This document shows, in pieces, positions 17,605-25,038 of a DNA stretch of 32,000 bases. A program made the translations under genes and the position numbers. The notes under the pieces were generated by a model that searched no databases, was not told the origin of the DNA, and saw nothing but the letters and a program-made list of their open reading frames with translations. Every line of letters begins with the position of its first letter. The first letter of the stretch is position 1. Origin of the DNA: an uncultured Clostridia bacterium (GTDB lineage Bacteria > Bacillota > Clostridia > TANB77 > RGIG9151); assembly GCA_934500865.1 (NCBI GenBank), contig CAKSUD010000006.1:1-32000 (forward strand). The letters run 5' to 3'.

Positions 17605-17778
17605 AAAAATCCCTCCAATAGGTGTTTGTATGGCAAATAGCCTTACAATATGTTTTTTGGTAATAAATACAATTCCGGAAAAATAAAATAATTTTTCCTT
17701 GAATAACTAGTGAAACTACAAAGTTGATTATGAACCTTATAAATATTTTAGCACGCCTTTTAAATTATGTAAACAAAA

Positions 17779-17812
17779 AATCGCCCGTTAGGAAGATTTC
17801 CTTTCGGACGAT
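17779..17812. terminator. Imperfect hairpin flanked by A-run and T-run, acting as terminator for the minus-strand gene at 17820-18185
   Basis: atcgcccgttaggaa pairs imperfectly with ttcctttcggacgat around loop gatt. aaacaaaaaa lies on the left (the U-run on the minus strand) and tttttttt on the right. Confidence 0.5.
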
Positions 17813-17819
17813 ATTTTTT

Positions 17820-18185
17820 TTACTCTCTAGCCATTTCGTAGAGTTCTTCGAGTGTCATATTACTCATCATTTTTGTGAGTTCTTTTTCGATTTCAGTCTT
17901 AGGAAGGTTAGAATAGACAATGAGCTGTCTAGAGGTAATGGTGTATTCTTTGAATACCCAAACGGTAGCGGAGAGGTTCTCAAGTGTGGTGTGGATTTCA
18001 AAGTGGGTGAGGTCGGGTTCGTCGTGGGTCGTGGTAGAAATGATGCGAGTTTTGCCGTTTTTCATAACTTCGACAAAGCCATCGTGAACGGGTTTGGGGT
18101 CGGCTTCTACCTTATGGTAGCAAGAGATACGGTTGCGGGCAGCCCTAACTTCGAATGCGATTCCGTTACAAAGAATAGTGTACAT
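17820..18185 (-). CDS. Hypothetical 121-aa protein, compositionally foreign (GC-rich)
   Basis: ATG at 18185 (MYTILCNG) lies 7 nt after aaaggag. It has its own TTGACA-17-TATTAT promoter and a downstream hairpin. A hand count gives 51 G+C in 18001-18100 versus 28 in 18241-18340. No recognisable family. Confidence 0.6.
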   Translation of the reverse strand: MYTILCNGIAFEVRAARNRISCYHKVEADPKPVHDGFVEVMKNGKTRIISTTTHDEPDLTHFEIHTTLENLSATVWVFKEYTITSRQLIVYSNLPKTEIEKELTKMMSNMTLEELYEMARE

Positions 18186-18269
18186 AATTTTTCTCCTTTT
18201 TAATAAGTATTTGGAATGATTTTCCCTCAAAACAAGATGAGGGATATAAAAATGTCATCTCTAGTAAAC

Positions 18270-18298
18270 ATAATAACATACAACTTAAAAAATGTCAA
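18270..18298 (-). promoter_or_regulatory. Candidate promoter of the GC-rich gene (minus strand TTGACA - 17 - TATTAT)
   Basis: Plus-strand tgtcaa at 18293-18298 and ataata at 18270-18275. Confidence 0.45.
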
Positions 18299-18323
18299 TA
18301 TAATGCCTAGTGATAAAAAGCTA

Positions 18324-18352
18324 TTGACGGTGTTTTAAGCTTTTTGTATGAT
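18324..18352 (+). promoter_or_regulatory. Candidate promoter of the DUF45-like gene (TTGACG - 17 - TATGAT)
   Basis: ttgacg at 18324-18329 and tatgat at 18347-18352, preceded by tg. Confidence 0.45.
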
Positions 18353-18377
18353 AATAGGGTAAAGGTAGGGGATATTT

Positions 18378-18887
18378 TTGAAATACATAATTAAATATTC
18401 AAATAGAAAAACTATTGGAATATATGTAAATAATGATGGAACAGTTGAAGTAAGGAGCCCTAAGTTTGTTACTAAAACTAGAATTGAGGAACTTGTTTGC
18501 CTAAAAGAAAGTTGGATTGAAAATACCAAGAAACGTATTTTGCAAAGAAAACATAATGAAATAAGTGAAGATGAAGTAAAGAGACTAGTTAAGCTCGCCA
18601 AAGAAGTAATACCTACTAAAGTAAAAAAGTTTAGTGAGATTATGAATGTAGAACCACTTAGTGTTAGAATAGGTAATTCAAAAAGCTATTGGGGCTGTTG
18701 TTCTTCTAAAAATAGGCTTAATTTTTCTTGGAGGTTAATGCAAGCCAGTGATAATGCAATCGATTATGTGGTAATACATGAACTTGCACATATAAAAGAG
18801 CATAACCATAGCAAAGAATTTTGGGACGAAGTTGCAATGGTTATGCCCGATTATAAGAAATATAGAGAGGAGTTAAAGAACTTTTAG
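18378..18887 (+). CDS. YgjP/DUF45-like zinc metallopeptidase-fold protein (HExxH)
   Basis: 169 aa. VVIHELAHIKEHNHSKEFW is the signature of the YgjP (DUF45, M48-like) family. The TTG start follows aaaggtagggga. Confidence 0.7.
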   Translation: MKYIIKYSNRKTIGIYVNNDGTVEVRSPKFVTKTRIEELVCLKESWIENTKKRILQRKHNEISEDEVKRLVKLAKEVIPTKVKKFSEIMNVEPLSVRIGNSKSYWGCCSSKNRLNFSWRLMQASDNAIDYVVIHELAHIKEHNHSKEFWDEVAMVMPDYKKYREELKNF

Positions 18888-20315
18888 TTCAAACCAGAAA
18901 TTAGCTCCTCCATTTTCGTCATTTTTCACTCCAAAGTTTGCCTTATGGAGTTCTAGAACACCCTTTACAATGGCGAGTCCAAGACCCGTTCCGACTTGGG
19001 CACGTTTGTGATTTCCTTTGGCTTTATAATATCTATCCCAAACATACTCGATTTCATCAGGATTAATTCCATCTCCGGTATCTTTTATTTCTATTTTTAC
19101 TTTACCGTCATTTACCGTTTGAACAATTTTTACAGTCTTGTCCACTCCGGTATAAGTTAGAGCATTATTTATAAGATTGTAAATGACTTGAGTAATTTTT
19201 AGATTGTCTGCATTAACAAACACATCTTGATTTTTTTCAAATATAATTTTGTATCCGTCATTTTCAGTTAATTTTGTGTATCTTTCAAGTATTTTGCTTA
19301 TGCATTCAGTTAAATTAAAATCCTCTAAATGTAGTTCTTGAACACTATTTTGATTCTTTGACATTTCCACAACATCATTAACCAAGCTTGTAAGACGCTT
19401 TGCTTCATCAATGATAATTTGGATATTCTCAGGTGTATTTTCTCCTGGTATATCTTTCATAACTTCTGCATATCCGGTTATCATAGTAAGAGGTGTTCGT
19501 AAATCATGTGAAACATTTGCAATAAGCTCACGGCGTAGATTTTCAACTTTAGATAGTTCAGATGAGGCTTTAGTTAACGTGTTTGCCAGTTCTGAGATTT
19601 CTGTGTAACCTGAGTCGTTGAATTTTATATTGTACTCAGTAGATAATTTCTTCGCTGAATTATTTATATTTATTATTGGCTTAGAAATCTTTCTAGAGAT
19701 TATAAGCGAAAGAATAAAAGACAAAACAAGCATAATAATTGTTATACAACTTAGTTGAGAACGCAGGGTAGAAGTAGTGGAAACAACAGGCTCTATAACA
19801 GAATTCAGTATAAGAATATATGAATTATTGTTTGCGTCACTAAAACGTCTTACAAGTAGACTGCTATTTGGAATTTCACGCTTTCTATTAGAGGCAAAAT
19901 AGCTTTTTTGATTATTTTCAGGCGTGAACTGTTCAAAATACTGATTTTTATCTCCTAAGGATTTTTCACTCAGTGCATATAAAACACTAGAAGGGATTTT
20001 ATGAATAATACAATTCATTTGAACTTCGGAAGAATATACAAGTTCAGCCGGTTCTTTATACAGCATTATGCATATATCACGCTTACTTGAAATGCCTTCT
20101 ATTGTTGTATCAAGAAATTCGGAATTTATACTTTTTTCAATAGTTTGGGCAGTAGAAAACAATTCTTTAGTTTTTATAGTTCTGTAAAAGTCATTTAGCA
20201 AGACTATTTGGAACAACCAAATAAGGACAAGCATTATTAATGAAAACGCAAGGAAGTAAACGAATATTTTCCATTTTACAGATAATTCTTTATTAGAATT
20301 TTTAAACATTTTCAA
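18873..20315 (-). CDS. Membrane sensor histidine kinase
   Basis: 480 aa. Two TM helices flank an extracytoplasmic domain of about 150 aa. H-box NVSHDLRTPLTMITGY, N-box NLINNALTYT, G-boxes KDTGDGI and GTGLGLAIV. Confidence 0.9.
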   Translation of the reverse strand: MKMFKNSNKELSVKWKIFVYFLAFSLIMLVLIWLFQIVLLNDFYRTIKTKELFSTAQTIEKSINSEFLDTTIEGISSKRDICIMLYKEPAELVYSSEVQMNCIIHKIPSSVLYALSEKSLGDKNQYFEQFTPENNQKSYFASNRKREIPNSSLLVRRFSDANNNSYILILNSVIEPVVSTTSTLRSQLSCITIIMLVLSFILSLIISRKISKPIININNSAKKLSTEYNIKFNDSGYTEISELANTLTKASSELSKVENLRRELIANVSHDLRTPLTMITGYAEVMKDIPGENTPENIQIIIDEAKRLTSLVNDVVEMSKNQNSVQELHLEDFNLTECISKILERYTKLTENDGYKIIFEKNQDVFVNADNLKITQVIYNLINNALTYTGVDKTVKIVQTVNDGKVKIEIKDTGDGINPDEIEYVWDRYYKAKGNHKRAQVGTGLGLAIVKGVLELHKANFGVKNDENGGANFWFELKVL

Positions 20316-20976
20316 ATCTGTATCCCACTCCTCTTAGTGTAACAATTAAGTTACTGTATTGTTTTAAGCTCTTTCTAAGTAGCTTAATATGTGTATCTAA
20401 TGTTCTGTCATCTCCGAAAAATTCATAGCCCCAAACATCAGAAATAAGTCGTTCGCGAGTTAAAGCAATTCCCTTATTTTTAATTAAGTATACAAGCAAA
20501 TCGTATTCCTTTGGGGAAAGAGTAATTTTCTCGTTATCAATATAGATAAGATGTGCAGTAAAATCTACTAGTAAAGTTTCGTAAGAAAAGGCATCTGAAA
20601 TGTTGGTATTTGAATTTAAGGTACGCTTTAATACGGCTTCAACTCTCATAAATAATTCTTTTGGAGAAAAAGGTTTTACTACATAGTCATCAATCCCTAA
20701 TTCAAAACCATGAATTTTATCATATTCTTCACTTCGTGCGGAAAGCATTATAATTGGTACGGAAGATGTCTTTCTTATTTCCTTTGCAACAGAAAACCCA
20801 TCTAGTTCAGGCATCATTATATCTAAGATTATTAAATCACATGAATGATTTTTGAATTTCTCTATTGCATCCATTCCGTCTTTTGCTTCAATTACAGTAT
20901 GTCCTTCAAACACAGCATATTTTTTTATAATTTCCCTTATTTTTTCTTCATCATCAACAATAAGTAATTTAGCCAT
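20302..20976 (-). CDS. OmpR-family response regulator
   Basis: 224 aa. DLIILDIMMPELDG, VKPF, and TLRGVGYRF at the C-terminus. It overlaps the kinase gene by 14 nt, which suggests translational coupling. Confidence 0.92.
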   Translation of the reverse strand: MAKLLIVDDEEKIREIIKKYAVFEGHTVIEAKDGMDAIEKFKNHSCDLIILDIMMPELDGFSVAKEIRKTSSVPIIMLSARSEEYDKIHGFELGIDDYVVKPFSPKELFMRVEAVLKRTLNSNTNISDAFSYETLLVDFTAHLIYIDNEKITLSPKEYDLLVYLIKNKGIALTRERLISDVWGYEFFGDDRTLDTHIKLLRKSLKQYSNLIVTLRGVGYRFENV

Positions 20977-21033
20977 AATAAACCTCCTTTTAAGGCTATA
21001 TTATCATTTTTTATTGAGTTTGTCATTAAAAAA

Positions 21034-21283
21034 ATGAAAGTGGTCAGCCGGTTAAGTTTCTGCCCTCCGTGGCAGGGTTGACCACTTCATATAATAAATT
21101 ATAAGGTGTAAATATGTAGAATATGTGAAAAAGCAATGAAGAAATATTGAATATTGTCACTTAACTTAACTTGACCACTAGGGACGGTTCTTTTTGGTCA
21201 ACAAAATTAAGACGGGTAGTTAGCATAAAAAGCTAGGTACATGTTTTTCCATTTTTAGACCTGTCCCCAATGGTCAACCACTG
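21034..21283. repeat. Cluster of nested inverted repeats built on a TTGACCA / TGGTCAA core
   Basis: TTGACCA occurs at 21078-21084 and 21171-21177. TGGTCAA occurs at 21195-21201 and 21271-21277, and TGGTCAG at 21041-21047. atgaaagtggtcagcc (21034-21049) pairs with ggttgaccacttcat (21076-21090). ttgaccactagggacgg (21171-21187) pairs with cctgtccccaatggtcaa (21260-21277). Confidence 0.6.
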
Positions 21284-21389
21284 TATATTTTTTATTTATG
21301 TGCTTATGCTAAATTTGAAATATGTAGAATGATGTAGTATAATATTTAAGAAAGATTTATTGATAGTAAAATTTGTCGAGGTGTTAATT

Positions 21390-21857
21390 ATGAGAGCGGA
21401 AGATACTGTTATGTTATACGGAAAAGACATCATTTTATCTGAGGGAATGCAGTCCACTAAAAAATATATACAGCACGGAGACACTAGCGTATATGAGCAT
21501 TGCATTAATGTAGCGTGTCTTTGTGTACTTATTGCAGCTTATTTTCATATAAAAGTTAATCAGCGAAATCTTGTTAGAGGTGCATTACTTCACGATTATT
21601 TTTTATATGATTGGCATGTTGCGGATGATAGTCATAAATGGCATGGTTTTACACATCCTAGAACGGCTCTAAGAAATGCAAGAAAAAGATTTAAGCTCAA
21701 CAAGGTGGAAAGAGATATGATTTTAAGGCATATGTTTCCGCTAAATATTACTCCTCCACGTTACAAGGAGAGTATAATTCTTTGCTTATCGGATAAAATT
21801 TATGCGATATTTGAGACGTTTTATATAAAGAAATTTAATTTTAAAGTGGGGGAATAG
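21390..21857 (+). CDS. HD-domain phosphohydrolase (small, single domain)
   Basis: ATG at 21390 after gaggtg. It contains H...LLHDYFLYDWH and further His residues typical of the HD superfamily. The specific substrate is unknown. Confidence 0.6.
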   Translation: MRAEDTVMLYGKDIILSEGMQSTKKYIQHGDTSVYEHCINVACLCVLIAAYFHIKVNQRNLVRGALLHDYFLYDWHVADDSHKWHGFTHPRTALRNARKRFKLNKVERDMILRHMFPLNITPPRYKESIILCLSDKIYAIFETFYIKKFNFKVGE

Positions 21858-21861
21858 GAAA

Positions 21862-22614
21862 TTGCTTATAATGTATTGCAGTTGGTTTATTATTTATAGT
21901 GTGATAGGTTGGGCATATGAAAGTTTACTATGTTCTGTTATTGAGAGAAGATTAATAAACAGGGGATTTTTAAACGGACCATATTGCCCGATTTATGGAT
22001 TCGGAGCACTTTTAGATATAATTTGTTTAAACAGTTTTTCAGACCCACTTGAAATATTTTTTCTTGGTGCGTTATTAAATTGTACGCTTGAATATTGGAC
22101 ATCCTTTTTTATGGAAAAGATGTTTAATGCTAGATGGTGGGATTATTCGGATAAAAAGTTTAATATTAATGGTAGGGTTTGCTTAATCGGTGCGATAGTA
22201 TTTGGCCTATTTTGCGTACTACTTATAAAAGTTATAAATCCTGTTGTTACAGTGTATATTAACGCGATACCAAAGCTTATATTAAATATTGCAGTTATAT
22301 TATTTCTAGTTGGATATGCAATAGATAATATAATTACATTTAGTGCTGTTGCTAAGCTTGATGATAAGTTAAGAGAATTAAAAGAAGTTTTGGAAGAGAA
22401 GAAGGAAAGTGTTGCTAAGGCTGTAAGCGCATACAAAGAAGAAACAATCGAAAAAATCAAGTCTTACATACCTGAGACACCTATATATAAGGCTTTAACG
22501 AAGGCTTTAAGTATGCAAAACAAAAGAATTATTAAAGCTTTCCCTAGGTTAAAGTCTATTAAGTATAATGATGCACTAGCGGAATTGCGTGAGTTCATAA
22601 ACAGAAAAAAATAA
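21862..22614 (+). CDS. Multi-pass membrane protein of the putative ABC-transporter type IV family (DUF1113-like)
   Basis: 250 aa. GWAYESLLCSVIERRLINRGFLNGPYCPIYGFGALL resembles that family. It has about 4-5 TM helices and a C-terminal coiled, charged tail. The start could instead be the ATG at 21871. Confidence 0.55.
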   Translation: MLIMYCSWFIIYSVIGWAYESLLCSVIERRLINRGFLNGPYCPIYGFGALLDIICLNSFSDPLEIFFLGALLNCTLEYWTSFFMEKMFNARWWDYSDKKFNINGRVCLIGAIVFGLFCVLLIKVINPVVTVYINAIPKLILNIAVILFLVGYAIDNIITFSAVAKLDDKLRELKEVLEEKKESVAKAVSAYKEETIEKIKSYIPETPIYKALTKALSMQNKRIIKAFPRLKSIKYNDALAELREFINRKK

Positions 22615-22642
22615 TAAGTGTAGTAATATTAGGAGGATAGGT

Positions 22643-23086
22643 ATGCACAAGATATTTGGAAATAAATATGATGTCACTTATGTTGATAGGAAGGGTGCAT
22701 ATATTATTCCGAGTAATAATGGTAAGATTGGTGTAGTGCAAACCACTAAGGGCTTCTTTTTCCTTGGTGGGGGGATTAACGAAAACGAAACCGACTTTGA
22801 ATGTATTCAAAGAGAATGCATAGAAGAAGTAGGTTATACTGCTATTGTAAAAGATTTTATATGTTCAGCCGAAACATATACAGAACATCCTGAAATTGGA
22901 TACTTTCACCCAATTCAAAACTACTACATTGGCGAAATTAAAAATCAAGTCCAAGAACCGGTGGATGCCGACCACAAATTGGTGTGGCTGTCTTATGAGG
23001 AACTAAAAGGTAATATGTTTCCTAAAATGCAAAATTGGGCTTTAGATCAATACCATAAACTTGAAGAACAACTTGCAAGAAATTAG
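22643..23086 (+). CDS. NUDIX hydrolase
   Basis: A complete Nudix box GGINENETDFECIQRECIEEVGY fits GX5EX7REUXEEXGU. Confidence 0.85.
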   Translation: MHKIFGNKYDVTYVDRKGAYIIPSNNGKIGVVQTTKGFFFLGGGINENETDFECIQRECIEEVGYTAIVKDFICSAETYTEHPEIGYFHPIQNYYIGEIKNQVQEPVDADHKLVWLSYEELKGNMFPKMQNWALDQYHKLEEQLARN

Positions 23087-23220
23087 GCAGTATTTAAATA
23101 AGGTTACAAAATAGTCAAGGTATCTTAGCAGTTTCAAAAAAATGTTGAAATATGGAGAAAATTGGTGTAGAATTCTAATTGTAATTAAAACCATATAATC
23201 TAAGAGGAGGTATTGCGTTT

Positions 23221-24159
23221 ATGGACCAATTAAAAATTTTTGGTTGTAATGCGAGTAAGGAATTTGCTAAAGAGGTGTGCGATTCTATAGGAGTACCTTT
23301 GGGTCAAAGTGAATCGTTTAAGTTTGACAATGACAACAGGTTTGTAAAAATTTTAGAAACCGTTAGAGGAGATGACGTTTTTGTAATTCAAACTTCAAGA
23401 CCTCCTGTTGATGAAAATTTTATGGAATTACTTATTACAATTGATGCGCTAAAGAGGGCATCAGCTAAAAGAATTACGGCAGTTTTGCCTTATTATCCTT
23501 ATGCACGTTCGGATAAAAAGGATCAACCAAGAATTGCGATTACCTCTAAGCTAGTAGCTGATTTACTTGCAGCAGCAGGTGCAAACAGAGTTCTTACTTC
23601 TGATTTACATGCAACTCAGATTTTAGGATTTTTCAATATTCCTGCTGACCAATTAGTATTTGCCGATTTACTTGCAAATTACTTTAAGGCAAAGAATTTT
23701 GATGATTTGGTTGTTGTTGCGACTGATGCAGGTAGTTCTAAAAAGGCGTATAAATATGCTACAAGACTTAATGCACCTATTGCAATGTTAGATAAGAGAA
23801 GATTAGGAAATAGCCAAGAAACATTAATTGAAAATATTGTCGGAGATGTTTCCGGAAAGAGATGCGTAATTTTTGATGATGAAATAGATAGAGGAAGTTC
23901 TATTATGAACGCAGTACATGTTCTAGAAGAATATAATGTGAAGGAAATATATGCTGCTTGTACACACGGAGTATTATCCGGACCTGCTATTGAGAGAATA
24001 AAGAATTCTTCTATAAAGGAATTTATTATAACTAATACAATTCCACTTCCACCTGAAAAGCAGTTGGATAAAATAAAGGTATTAACAGTTGCGTCTATAT
24101 TTGGTGAGGCTATTAAGAGAATACATGAGGGACATTCAATGGGAGAAATGTTCTATTAA
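23221..24159 (+). CDS. prs: Ribose-phosphate pyrophosphokinase
   Basis: 312 aa. LPYYPYARSDKKD, DLHATQILGFFNIP and the PRPP-binding loop IFDDEIDRGSS. RBS agaggagg. Confidence 0.9.
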   Translation: MDQLKIFGCNASKEFAKEVCDSIGVPLGQSESFKFDNDNRFVKILETVRGDDVFVIQTSRPPVDENFMELLITIDALKRASAKRITAVLPYYPYARSDKKDQPRIAITSKLVADLLAAAGANRVLTSDLHATQILGFFNIPADQLVFADLLANYFKAKNFDDLVVVATDAGSSKKAYKYATRLNAPIAMLDKRRLGNSQETLIENIVGDVSGKRCVIFDDEIDRGSSIMNAVHVLEEYNVKEIYAACTHGVLSGPAIERIKNSSIKEFIITNTIPLPPEKQLDKIKVLTVASIFGEAIKRIHEGHSMGEMFY

Positions 24160-24193
24160 AAATAAATAATCGTTTTTTTATGACGTGCTAGGT

Positions 24194-24250
24194 GCCAATG
24201 CAGTTATGCAATAAAGTGTTGCATAAAACTGCATTGGCTTTGTACGTCTT
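24194..24250 (+). terminator. Intrinsic terminator after prs
   Basis: gccaatgcagtt...tgca pairs with tgca...aactgcattggc (24194-24238, long bulged stem), followed by a T-rich tail. Confidence 0.7.
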
Positions 24251-24270
24251 TTCGAAAGGAAAATTTTATT

Positions 24271-25029
24271 ATGAAGTTTGGTATTTTTGTTAATTCGGAA
24301 AAAGAATTTTCGTTTAAAGTAACAAAAGAAATAATGGAAATTGCCTCAAAATTTAATGTAAAATGTGAAGTGGCAGAGCCACATGAAAATTATGATTTTA
24401 TTATTTCACTTGGGGGAGACGGAACTTTTTTGGCTGCCAACAGAGTTTTCTTGGGGACACCGATTTTCGGAATTAATTTAGGACATCTTGGCTTTTTGGC
24501 TGAGGCCGAAATTAAAGATATATGTAAAGTGGTTACTAAGTTGATAAATAAAGAGTATAGAGTAGAGGAAAGAGGGCTACTTGAGGCTATTGTAAATGAT
24601 AAAAAGATGATTGCATTAAACGATATAGTAATTAGCAGAATTAATGCAGCGAGGTTACTTGAATTAAATTTGAGGTTTAATGGTAAGTATGTTGACAATT
24701 ATAAGGCGGATGGGTTGATTATTGCTACGCCAACTGGTTCAACAGCCTACTCGTTATCTGCAGGAGGCCCTATTGTGGATACCCAACTTGATGTGACTGT
24801 TGTAACACCGATTTGTGCTCATTCATTACATCAAAGACCTATTATTGCTAATGCTAACACTTTAATAAATATTGATTGTGATACTAATGATTTCTTGGTT
24901 ACGGCAGACGGACAAATTTCCGGCGAAGGAAAGAACGTAACAATTAAGAAATATGAGTTAAAAGCGAGGATTATAAAATTAAGCGATAAATGCTTTTTTG
25001 ATATTGTAAGAGAAAAGTTTCGTTTGTAG
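24271..25029 (+). CDS. nadK: NAD kinase
   Basis: 252 aa with the GGDGT motif and ATPTGSTAYSLSAGGPIV. Confidence 0.92.
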   Translation: MKFGIFVNSEKEFSFKVTKEIMEIASKFNVKCEVAEPHENYDFIISLGGDGTFLAANRVFLGTPIFGINLGHLGFLAEAEIKDICKVVTKLINKEYRVEERGLLEAIVNDKKMIALNDIVISRINAARLLELNLRFNGKYVDNYKADGLIIATPTGSTAYSLSAGGPIVDTQLDVTVVTPICAHSLHQRPIIANANTLINIDCDTNDFLVTADGQISGEGKNVTIKKYELKARIIKLSDKCFFDIVREKFRL

Positions 25030-25038
25030 GAGGATTTT

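Noticed and set aside
17724-18203. 159-aa plus-strand ORF opposite the GC-rich gene
   Set aside because: It starts inside AT-rich spacer without an RBS and crosses the terminator hairpin. It is open only because the region is GC-rich. The minus-strand frame has a promoter, RBS and terminator.
21034-21090. Interpretation of the first hairpin in the 21-kb repeat cluster as an SRP RNA, tRNA fragment or terminator
   Set aside because: It lacks the GGAA/GCAGC domain-IV motif of SRP RNA and any cloverleaf. Both neighbouring genes are transcribed away from it, so it cannot serve as their terminator. It is kept only as an unexplained repeat.
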